DNA of 58,797 nucleotides, counting the filler, from Basidiobolus ranarum (taxonomy: Eukaryota), in the NCBI GenBank assembly GCA_040143965.1. It is 8 parts of 8 records of this genome, joined end to end, with 100 filler letters (N's around TTAATTAATTAA, not from the genome) between each part and the next. Parts side by side here need not be neighbours in the genome. Positions count along the whole stretch, not along the records: positions 22,121 to 29,380 come from JASJQH010008026.1; positions 29,481 to 36,736 come from JASJQH010008027.1; positions 36,837 to 44,090 come from JASJQH010008028.1; 5 more parts are not named here. One strand, given 5' to 3'. The position numbers and the translations under genes are program-made. This document shows positions 26,901 to 38,318 of this stretch, piece by piece (the stretch's first letter is position 1; each line of letters opens with the position of its first letter). The notes beneath the pieces were generated by a model that made no database searches, was not told the DNA's origin, and was given only the letters and a program-made list of their open reading frames with translations.

Positions 26901-29021
26901 TTTATGTAAATGAAGTGAGAGATTTTTAGAACTACTAGTAATACAGAATTACAAGTCCTCCATATTTCTCTGAGGTTTTCGGAGTATTTTATACCGAGGA
27001 CAACAACATAGGTTCAAGTGTCAGAAAGAGTTTGAGAACTGTTGTCACACGACAATTCCGCCTACACTACCGGATCAACCGCGTTTCATCTCAATTATTG
27101 ATATTGATGAAGGCCATTAATCCTACTTTATTTAGATTCAGTGCCATTTAGTACATCCTCTACATGGCGATTTGGAGGATTGTGACCAGGAAATCTAAGT
27201 GTTTGAGCCAGGACTTCGGCGGTAATCACGTGTGGTATACTATAAATATACCGTCAAGGATTGGTCCGGTGCCATTATGATATATATGTTCTATGAACGC
27301 GTTGGCAACGCGAATGATGAAAGAGAAAGAGGCTTTCCACACGTCTAAGTTGAGTCATATCGAACACCCGAATACAACAATGCATTATTAACTGGCTTAC
27401 AAAAGGCTCCCATTCAGATTCATACTAATAGATTCAAAGTTAAGATGGAGGTGTACACTGAATTTTATCAGCATCAAGATCAATGCATTGTTGGTGAACA
27501 TCTTCCAAAATAGTTGCAGTTGGACTACAGAAGCCAAATTTGACTGGCCTGAATGTTATTTGCTGTTCCTGTTATCTTAGTAATGCCGTGGCTATATAGA
27601 GCATTCCAAAACTGACAATGACGCACTCTTATCTATTCTCGACATGGAAAGTACCTAATCTTATGCCAAGATGAGTCAATAGTGGCCATCGCTCTTAGTC
27701 CGAGCATTTCCAAATGCTGTTAGCAAAATGGTGTTCTCAGAGCTTGCAACATCAACAGCTCTTCTGAACTACTTAGAATCTCATACAAGTCAATGATGTG
27801 CATAGTTGTAAATTAACTATGGATTGTGTAAGTAGTTTTCATGATGCACAACTGGGCAATGGTTATGGCATGTGATTATTGTAGGATAAGTTCAAGACAG
27901 CTTTTGATCAAATAATCAGGCCAGATTTGGAGATGATTCTAGAACACTCTGTTACCCAATATGAGGGAATATTCTTTTGGATAGCAACGTTAGAACGAAA
28001 TCGAAATCATATGACAGCTTTCTCCGCGTAAGCTCCTAATTTTTACCATTTTAGCAACTGCTGTATGTTCCCAAGCGCAGTTACGTCAAGGGAAAGCGAG
28101 CCAAGCACTAAGGCATCTGATAAGTAATATTCTAGGTCTCAATATCTAACAGAACATCTCGTCCGGCAAATTTTCGGCTCATAATACCAGTTACGTACAT
28201 TTATATCACTTGATTTCACTATTTGCTCAGCTATGGCAGCTGCATACGGGGTTTAAAGTTGTTATCGCTTATTTAACTTTTCGAGAAGATGGCATAGCTC
28301 TCCAAATGCGTTAGGTACAAAAGAAATATGGTAAAGCTGAAAACAAAATGCCACATACAAAGATGGAGTCGCAGTCGTCACAGGGTTGACTCGCAGAGAA
28401 TTCACATGTGCTTGGATTTTTGGACTTAATGCCGGAGAGAGGAACTCTTATCATTCCAAATCAAATTAGATGACCTAATTGGAAATATTTCCCTTGGCTT
28501 ATTCAAGGGCATCCCTCGTACCCCTAATGGAGTCTTACTGGATGGCGATTACCCAATGGTGTTCGCTGAGACCAAAGTGAGCAACTAGATCGGTAATGGG
28601 CCAATAATGTCAATATTGATTAGACTAACCTGGGGATTGATGTGCATGCATAGCCGGTTTTTCCAGATACAAATGTTTGACATGTTGCTCCTGGTTGCAG
28701 TGCTAAGTGTTTAATCAGCTTATTTGATGGCTGTGGAGCAGGTACCAAACTGCGATTGTTTGTGTGACTCTGCCAATCCTCTTGAGGTAGCTAAATGAAG
28801 CGAATCTTTGGATTTCATTTCAGCAAGGCCCACTAGGCATGGCCGGATACTGAAATTAAGGTCTTTCAGAATCTAAAAGGATTTGATTGGCTACTCGCAC
28901 TTTCCAATTAGACTGATTATTCCAAAGAATAGGAATTTAGTTCCCACAAGTATTTTCATTTTTTGTTGAATCGTGTTTATTCCCAGACTCTTCTTTGTAC
29001 TTCGACCTGCCAAAAACTAGG

Positions 29022-29380
29022 ATGGCGAACCCAAAATCTGATATCGGCCATGAAGTTGACAGAATATGGGATGCTGAACAAGTGGACTATGAAACTGAGA
29101 AGATACCTTTAACTCCCTATGCGAAGCTTCTGACTCTCTTCGCAGGAATTGGCGGATTTCTCTTTGGTTATGACACAGGTATCATCTCGGGTGCCTTGTT
29201 GTCCATTCAAAAGGAATTCAACTTGTCGACTGTTGAAAAGGAATTAATTGTAGGAGGTACGGTTTGGCATATATTTATTTGTGTATGAAGTGAACTTTGC
29301 AACTGCCCCCTTTAGTTTAGGTCTCACTCTGGGTGCCATTATCGGTGGTTTGTTTGGTGGGCAATGCAGTGACATGGTTG
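29022..29380 (+). CDS. MFS sugar porter (myo-inositol transporter-like), 5' fragment
   Basis: AGIGGFLFGYDTGIISGAL motif. An intron at 29257-29320 joins to GLTLGAIIGGLFGGQCSDMV. Truncated by the contig end. Confidence 0.88.
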
Positions 29381-29480
29381 NNNNNNNNNNNNNNNNNNNN
29401 NNNNNNNNNNNNNNNNNNNNNNNNTTAATTAATTAANNNNNNNNNNNNNNNNNNNNNNNNNNNNNNNNNNNNNNNNNNNN
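29381..29480. other. Artificial contig linker
   Basis: N-TTAATTAATTAA-N spacer. Confidence 0.99.
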
Positions 29481-30152
29481 TAGAGTCCCTCAAGTGTTTC
29501 CCAAGCATTTCGGACAATTTTGGCTGGTTAAATGTGCCTATATGGAGAGTCTCTGAGATGAAGACAAAGTGTAGAGAGTGCTTTCCTCTGCTTCTAGTGA
29601 AAGACAAGGATAGCTTCTGGTGGTTTGTTTGGCTCAATTTCTTCTCCTGTAACAAATCCCCCAAGGTCCTTGTCTTCCATCACCATTTGCATCTTAAACT
29701 TCCAAAGGTGAAGGTCTTGACCATCAAACTTCTCTGTGGATGCAAAAACATTGGTAATAGTACTAGTAGACATTCTATAACAGCTAGCTTGGGGCTTGTA
29801 ACCTGATAAAAATGGTTATGAGATTTGGAAGTGCTTTAGACAAGATTTTGATTTGTGAATTAGACACTAATCTTTTATTGAATTTAATATGTCCTAAGTA
29901 TAGCTTACTATGAATTTAGACTATTAGACATGCTTAGATCATGACAAACATCCATGTTAAGTGTGGTTGAAAATTCAAGGTGATTTAGAGAAGCTTTGAA
30001 AAATAGTGGAAATTGGTAAAAGTGAACTTATTGTTATTTCTTTCAATTCAAGCAGTAGACACATATTTTGATGAAAGAATTGAGTGCTAAATAATCAGAA
30101 TATGAATAAATCAACTATTAAGTAATTAGTTGCTATTTACCAAATTTCAACA
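29481..30152 (-). mobile_element. Ty1/Copia element A, 5' end: LTR (30152-29804), primer-binding site, start of gag
   Basis: Minus-strand LTR runs TGTTG...TTATCA, is followed at once by GGTTACAAGCCCCAAGC (PBS-like), then by a Copia gag N-terminus EKFDGQDLHLWKFKMQMVMEDKDL (frameshifted downstream). Confidence 0.82.
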
Positions 30153-32749
30153 GTTTGTTCAGAGTTGCACTTCTATCTACAACATTTTGGTCTTATAACT
30201 TTAGTAACTGCATGGTATCTTAACTTTTGGTAGTGTTTTAAAAACTTTGAGGCAAAGCCCAGCTGGAGGACTCTGTGGGCAAAACAAAAGTCAGTTCTTT
30301 GCACTTGTTATTGTTGATATTCACCAAGCTTTGTGTAGCTGGTGGCTTTGTACAGTAACCATGCTTGTGATTATTTTTTCTATCAAGCCTCCAGCTCTCA
30401 TAGCACAAGAATTTGTGACAATGAGAGTAGGGCTTTTTTAAATGTCTGTGTGGCAGCATGAGAAGGATATTGTAGAAAAAAGAACACCTCCTATGTAATA
30501 GTGGTGATGTAGGTATAGCCCATCAAAATCATCAGCTGATTCTGAGTTAGTGTCACTTATGAGTCATCAGTGGAATTACATGATATTTCTGGTAATGGAT
30601 GGCAATTTTGGTTTATTATGAGCTGTTTCTAAGCAATTTCAGTGCACAAAGTTTGCTATCTGAAAATTTCAATGCCATTCAAAAAGCATTCAAATCTTAG
30701 TCTAAATCAGCTTCCAAGCAAAAGCTTGCTGGCACAAAAGGAATAACTAGTGAGAACAGTGGACTCAATTGATGAGCAGTCTAGCAATCCACTATCCACT
30801 TTGGAAGGCATTAGCATGCAGGAAACTAGCTCAAGTCATGATAAATCTTTGATCAGTTTACCCATAGTGTTCCTTTCTAGCAATAGTGCAATTGAAGAGA
30901 TTGTAATCCCTCAATTACATAGTAAATCAATAGTTGAACAAATTTCAACAGAAACACTGTCAAGACCATCCACTTCCAAAATAGTTACTTTGCCAACTAT
31001 TGAACTACTGTCCATAGAAAATTTGGATAGTCTTATTACAACAAGGGAATTGCAAACAGAACACCATAACAATTGGTATGCAATAACAAGTAAGAACTAC
31101 AAAGTTTTTATACAAGCCATGGCAACCAATAACACAGCAATCTTGCAATTAATGCAGCATTCTGAAGCAACTAGTCAACAGTTAGAGAGTCACTCAACAA
31201 TGATACAAGACCTTGAGAATGCTGTACTTGAGCTTCAGTAACATGCTGCTCCCTGTGTCCATTCTCAAGTGGGATTTCAATCAATCCCACACCTTACATG
31301 TGAATGTTGCCTCAACTATCTAGCAGATCAGAATATTTGTTTGACCATTAAGCTTACTATATGACCTGAAATTGCTAGGGCACATGAAAGTAGAAACCTT
31401 ATAGGAAACTGGCTAACCAAAACCCTCTGAATGTCAGAGCTGGCATCACTTGTTCTGATGATGAATCATATAACATTTTGGAAACTGTGCAGAATCTTGC
31501 CCAAAATCACCTTGATTTGAGTCAATCATGGAAAAACTACAAACCAGACATTACTCTGAAGGTTCTTGACTTATTTTATGTGGCTTAGCCTTGGTTTTTA
31601 CAAGCAATTGGCAATTAGGTAAGTATAAACCTATTCATAATACATCCACAAAATGTACACAATTACAAACTTGATAAAGAAAGAAAAGCAGCCAAAGAAG
31701 TATTCAAGGAGCAGGAAGTTAGTAAACCCAAGGGGAAAGCAAAAGATACTGGCAAAAATGGTTAATATCACCATGGAGCCTGGTACACCAGTTGTAGGAG
31801 TGCTAAATTTAGAAGTTTATCCAACACCTGGGACATCTCAATAAGCCAAAATACCAGCAAAGAAAACTCACAAATCTCCAGCATCAACTAATACTTTCAA
31901 TGTGTTGAAATTAGCCCCAAACATATAGGCAAGCAAAAAGCTGCACAAACACTGTAAAACACCCTCAGTAGTGTCACACTACAAGGAGGTATAAAAACAC
32001 CAAGAGTGCTTGAGGAGTATTTTCAAAAGTATGAAGGGATATAAGCAGTGCAAGTATGAAGAAAGTGGATTCAGAGCAAGAACTTTCAACTTGACATTCA
32101 GTCTAGCGTTCATCAGGCAATATCTAGGAAGAACTTAATACAGAGTTGGACAATATTGCAGGGTATCAGCTGGATAGCTGGAAGAATGTTGATACAGCAA
32201 CATCAATATAATGGTGGGCTTTGCTGGAGATAGTGATACAAACTTGAGTTGGTTATGAGTTAAACCTTTGGTATGAAGAACTCTTTAGAAATATTCTGGA
32301 GTGTGAATCCAAGAAACTTGGGACTTTGAAGGTTACGAATTAGTGTTCAAGTGGTAAACGTGTAAAGTTTGAGTTACATTTTTTGCACAAGTGTTGATAC
32401 ATAGCTCACTGAGATTGTAGCCAATCAGGTGTAACTATCTTACAAGATCTTGAAATTTCACTCTTGAAACTTTAAAAATTGATTAAAATCAAATCAAACA
32501 TGATAATTTTATGAAGGTGAGTATATGGTCAATCAAAAATGTATTAAAATTGTGATGGTTTTCCTACAATAATAGTCCTCAAAATTCTGTTAGGGAACAT
32601 ATTGTATACCTTAAGGTTCAGGTACAACTGTTATGGCTTTTTCAAGCTCAGTAAGAGCTTCACAAGAAGATATAAATTAGTTTAAAAAACAAGAGAATAT
32701 ATCTGAATCAACTTTAAAAAGTAAAAATTTGGATTAAAAAAAAAATTAT

Positions 32750-33200
32750 GAATAAACTTTTGTTAAGTGTGAATTAGGATTTAGAAATATTAAATTATAT
32801 AAGTAATAAATAAATGTTATATTTAGTCTGAATAAGAATTTAGAAAATCAAAATTGCAAAAATCATAAATGATTATTTTGTAAAGTCTGAGTTAGGATTT
32901 AGAAAATAAAAGCATAAAGGTCATTAATAAATATTTTGTTAAGTCTGATTTGGGATTTAAAAAATTAAAGCTATAAATATCATAAGTAAATATTCTGTTA
33001 TGTTTGCATTAGGATTAAAAAAATTAAAATTATAAAGATCATATACAAATATTTGTGAAGTCTGTATCAGGATTTAAAAAATTAAAATTATAAAGATCAT
33101 AAATAAATATTTCATTAAGTCCAAATTTAAATAAATGCTTAAGAATTAAACTTATAAGTTTCTAAATAAATATTTTGTAAAGGTTGAACTAAAGTTGCAA
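32750..33200. repeat. AT-rich tandem array, ~60-bp unit, about 7 diverged copies
   Basis: AAATATTTTGTTAAGTCTGA.TTAGGATTTAGAAAATTAAAATTATAAAGATCAT recurs at ~60-nt spacing. Confidence 0.85.
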
Positions 33201-34363
33201 TATCAAACAAAACTTTAAATGGACAAAATATGTTATTGGGCCTTAATATTAAATATTTATTTAGAAACATAATATGTGAAACCCAATATCATGTTGCTAT
33301 ATAATATCAACAATTTGATTGCAAACAAATAAATCCGATATAGATGTATTTCTAATATTAGAATGTATAGGAATTGCACTAATAATCATATTCCCAGTAA
33401 TATTATCAGCAACTAATATAATTATCACATCTATGATAACTTTGGATATTAATGGAATTATAACTCTTCCAAAAATTATTATAAGATGCTTATTATTTTG
33501 GCATGCAGAGGTAATAATATTGACATGCTGGCATAAAAATGGCTATTTCAATTTTGAAAAATCCAATAGAGAAAAAAAATGCATCCTATTCTTGTGAAAT
33601 CATCTTAATATATGTGATCAATGCATACATCATAGGTGGTATATCATATGGTTTATTGTAAAGAGGCAAGGTTTATTCAGATCTGGTCACTATAACACTA
33701 ATACTTCCAATTGGTATAATTATTGGGATTACAGCAAATTTTTAAGGCCAAAAATGCAATTATAATTCAACAAAATGTTGCACATTTATAAAGTATACTT
33801 ACAAAAAATATAAATGAGAAAGTATCAGGAACATTGCAAATGGTAAATTACAAGTGTTATTTGATTTTTAATCAAATTAGATCAAGTAGTAAAGCTTTTA
33901 GAATTAAACTTATTGGTCAAAAATGTGTTATAAAGGTTTTGTTTAGAATAAAACATGTGGGTTGAAAATGTTTTTTCCAAGAAAATATATCAATTACATC
34001 TATTATTATGGCACAGAAACATATCAAAGTAGGTATTTTATATCTAAAGTTCCTTCAGGTAAATTACATTCCTGATATACTGTTTTGAACTCTGCAACAG
34101 CAATCAGTAGCTGCTGCAAAGTCTCATAGAGTTGTAGTAGATATCTATTTAGAACATCTTTTGTCTCTAAGGTTAAGGCTGCAATGGTTGCTTCTAGTCC
34201 ATACATGTGAAAACACAATTGGAATTGTGACTTTGTGCACTAAAAATCAGAGTTCCTATTTTGTAATTCATGCTTATCTTTCCTCACAAGTCTGATTGTA
34301 GATTTTCTTGCAGGCTTCTGATGGCATGAAAATATAGTATTCTCTCCAAAGCAGATTTACCAG

Positions 34364-36736
34364 TGATAAAAGTGTTTAGGGGACTTGGAAGTGTTTTGAA
34401 CAAGATTGGCATTTGTGATTTAGGCACTTAGGTTTACTGATTTGAATATGGCCTACTTATTCCTTACTATGAAATAGGACTATTGGATGTGCTTATATTA
34501 TAACAAACATGCCTGTCAAGCAAGGTTGAAAATATGAGGTGATTTGGACAGGTTTTGAGAAAATAGTGAAAACTGATAAAAGTTATCTCATTGATATTTC
34601 TATCAATTAGAGCAATAAACACACATTTTTGAATGGCAGAATTGAGTGCTAAATAATCAGAATATGAATATACTAACTACTAAATAATGAGTTGCTATTT
34701 ACCTAATTTGAATATTCCCACTCAACTAATTATTTTGTATTTCTCTTAAACCTAACTTATATCTTAATAATTCAAAGTGTTGTTTAGCTAAAGGTTTGTT
34801 GAGATGTCAGCAATCATTTCTTCAGTTGGGCAAAAGTCAAGTTCAATTATATCATTCTCTATTGCTTCTCTAACATAATGATGCCTAATATCTATATGTT
34901 TTGTTCTAGCATGAAATGTAGTGATTTAAGCTAAGGAAATATAACTATGATCATCTTTAAATACAGTAATAGCACATCTTTGCATGTATCCTAAGTCTGT
35001 AAATAACTTCCTTAGCCATATAGCTTCTTGTGTAGTAGCAGAGGCAGCCATTTACTCTGTTTCTGTAGTGGAAAGTGCTATAGTTGGTTGCTTCTTACTA
35101 TATCAAGTTATGGCTGCATTACCATACAGAATAGTGTACCCAGTAGTTGATCTTCTATCACCAAGGTTTTTCCCCAGTCTGCATTACTGTAGCCTTCAAA
35201 ATATTGTGCATCTGGAGTGGCAGAGTATTCCAGAACTAGATCTACAGTTTCTCTCAAATATTTGAATAATTATTTTACTGCAGTTTTGTGCTCATATCTA
35301 GGATTTTTAAGATATTGGCTGACAGTTCCCAATGCCACAGTAATGTCTGGACATGTTCCAACCATTGTATACATTGAACTACCCACTGTTGATTGATAAG
35401 GGAAGTCCTGGCTTTGATATGAGTAATTTTGTGCCAAATTGGATGAAATTTTTATTAACTTCACATTGGGATCCTTTGGTATTGATGAAGGCTTGCTCTT
35501 CTCCATGTTGAAGTGATTTTAATTGTCCAGGATATATCTAGACTGATTCAGCATTGCTTTCTGATTGGGCTTATCTCTTTTGATTTGGATAGCAAGAAAA
35601 AAACCCAATAAACCAATATTGGGGATCTGAAATTGTTTTGATAAGCTGCTTTTGGTCTGATTAATTGCTTCTAGATCAATTGTGGCTATGATCAAGTCAT
35701 CTACTTATAATGCCACAATAAGGATTCTATTTTGGGTTGCTTTGATGTCAATATTACAATCTGCTGTACATTTTTTGGAATTCCTGTAGTTCCTAATACA
35801 TATTAATCTTGTTGTACCATGCCATGGGTACTTGCTTGAGCCATATAGAAATTCTTGCGGTTTACAGACCATATCAGGGTGTTTTAGGTCAACACATCCA
35901 TCTGGTTGCTCCATATAGGTCTCTTCTTCTAAATTTCCATTCATAAAGGCTGTCTTTACTTCCATTTGATTTACATCACGGTTATGGATGTTTGAGAGCA
36001 CCAGGATTGATCTTATGGAGCTGAGCTTAGCTACCAGGGCAAAGGTTACATTAAATGAACTGGAGTCTGGGAATCACCTTTAGCAACTAATCTTGCTTTG
36101 TACCTTTCTATGGTTCCATCAGCTTATTTTTGACTTTGCAGAACCATTTGCAACCCATTGGCTTTCCTCCCAATGGTAGAGGACTAATGACCCTCATTTC
36201 CTTGTCCTGAAGGGAAGAAAACTCATCAGACATTGCTTTTCCAATAATGTTGACAACTTTCTGGTTTAAGTGCTGTGATTCAAGGTGAAAAGGTTACTTT
36301 TTCATCAAAAATCATATCTCTGAAATCACATCTCAGCACATAATTAACTTCAGATGTTTGGAATCAAGCAGTCTGTGGGCCTTAGATCCATCACAGTAAC
36401 CAAAAAAATTGCATATTGAGCTTTTGAGTTCCAATCTTGAGCATTTTTCAGCTTCAGTTATGAAATATACTGTGCAATCAAAGATCCTGAGATGATGCAC
36501 ATGTGGTTTTGATCCATAAAGGGGTTCAAATGGAGTAGAATTTTGTTGCAATTTTGTTTGGCATGTGTTTTTGATGTAGACTGCAGTGGAGACAGATTCA
36601 GCCCAATATTGGTAATCTAACTTTTCATCATGTAACATTGATCTTGTCATCTCCACTATGACCCTATTAGCACATTCTGCAACTCCATTTTGCTGTGGAG
36701 TATAAGCAGTTTGCTACTTAATTCCATGTTTAGAAC
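34364..36736 (-). mobile_element. Ty1/Copia element B, 3' part: integrase, RT, RNase H, polypurine tract and 3' LTR (34714-34364); decayed
   Basis: Integrase YTPQQNGVAE and YWAESVSTAVYIKN; RT YKARLVAKG and QMEVKTAFMNGNLEEETYMEQPDG; RNase H LSTTETE and HARTKHIDIRHH; purine tract GAGTGGGAA next to an LTR that aligns with 29804-30152. Many stops and frameshifts. Confidence 0.93.
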
Positions 36737-36836
36737 NNNNNNNNNNNNNNNNNNNNNNNNNNNNNNNNNNNNNNNNNNNNTTAATTAATTAANNNNNNNN
36801 NNNNNNNNNNNNNNNNNNNNNNNNNNNNNNNNNNNN
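36737..36836. other. Artificial contig linker
   Basis: N-TTAATTAATTAA-N spacer. Confidence 0.99.
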
Positions 36837-36843
36837 CATTGAA

Positions 36844-37219
36844 TGTTGGAATATTGGTAATCTCCTTTTGGGAAGAAGACTCTAATTCACTTGCTGCTAC
36901 CAAGTTGGAGGATCTTGACATAATGGGGGTAGACCTTGGGGATTAGAAGCAACTTATGATAGTGTGTTATAGTTACTTTATTCTTAAGAGTATATGGTGA
37001 CATATATAGTAGAAAAGTAAATCAATTGTTTGAGATATTCAGGAGTTTGTGTAATAAGATATAATAGATAAGTGGGGGTAATAAGACATACTTGTTATAT
37101 AGGTATAGAGATATTCCTATTTAGAATACAGGGGCTGTAGGCAAATTGCTTTCTGTTTCTGATATATGTATCATAACTAAAGATAACTATGATGTTGAAT
37201 GAGGATTAATTATCCAACA
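36844..37219. repeat. LTR-like repeat, copy 1
   Basis: Bounded by TGTTGG...CCAACA; ~320 bp aligns with 37571-37885. Confidence 0.7.
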
Positions 37220-37518
37220 GTTTCTGTTATAATATGTATGATCACATGCATCAAAATCCAGAGTCCAAAAACCAGCATTTCTGAGAAGTGTAAGTTGTTC
37301 TGATCCCAGCCTCAAATATATTTCTGTAAATACTAATCTTTGTGTTTCCTTGAATGTTGCCCTGGCTTTGCTTCATGTTGACTTCTTTGTTTCAGTATCA
37401 AAATCTGTAGTTTCTTCCTCAGAAGTATCTTCTGCAACATCTGGTTTAACTAATTCTCCAACATATTTCTCTTCAAGCCCAATTTACATCCTGAATTTTG
37501 ATTTATGGAAATGCTCAC

Positions 37519-37935
37519 TGTTAAACAATAGACTATTGCTATTTCTACTGTTAGGAAGTGGACACTAATCCACTTGCTGTTACCATGTTGGAGGACCTGG
37601 TCATAATGAGAATAAATTTTTATTATTTAGAGATAACTTACAATACTAGTTTATTTGCACAATTCATAAGAGAAATAGGTGACTTTTATGGCAGAGAAGT
37701 AAATCAATTGGTTGGGATATTCAGAAGTTTGTGTAATAAGATATAAAAGATAAGTGGGGGTAATAAGATATACCAAGTATAAAGATATTTAAAATATTTT
37801 CAATTAGAATACAGGGATTATAGATATATTGCTTTCATATTTCTGAGATATGAATCATAACTAAAGTTAACCAAGATGGTGAATGGTTTTACACTTCAAA
37901 CCTTTTAGATTATATCATTATTGGACCTGGTAACA
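37519..37935. repeat. LTR-like repeat, copy 2
   Basis: Bounded by TGTTA...TAACA; shares e.g. GTTTGTGTAATAAGATATAA.AGATAAGTGGGGGTAATAAGA with copy 1. Confidence 0.65.
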
Positions 37936-38318
37936 GTGATACTCCTGCCTTCAAATGCACAAACACTTTAGCTATAATACACTGTCTCAACTTTCAGCTA
38001 TTCTAAGCCGCAACCCTATATATTTCAAGAAGCTAGAGTATATATCATATCAATTCAGAGTCAATTGGCTGCAAATCTGATTAAATGATTGCCAAGGCCT
38101 CGAAAATGGAATGGTAGAAAGGTTACACAACAATATCAGAGAGCTCTAAATCATGTACAAAACAAGAGTTTATTAATGAGATATGTATACAGAAGGTAGT
38201 GCACGTAATGAATTGAATCAGCCAAATAATCAACCAATCACCCTCCAAAGATGTGATATGAATGAGGGTAATAAAACAAACAATGCGGTGGACAAGCGAA
38301 AATCTTCATAAATCCCGG

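Noticed and set aside
32750-33200. CRISPR-like array
   Set aside because: Whole units are diverged copies of each other with no unique spacers; the context is eukaryotic and there are no cas genes.
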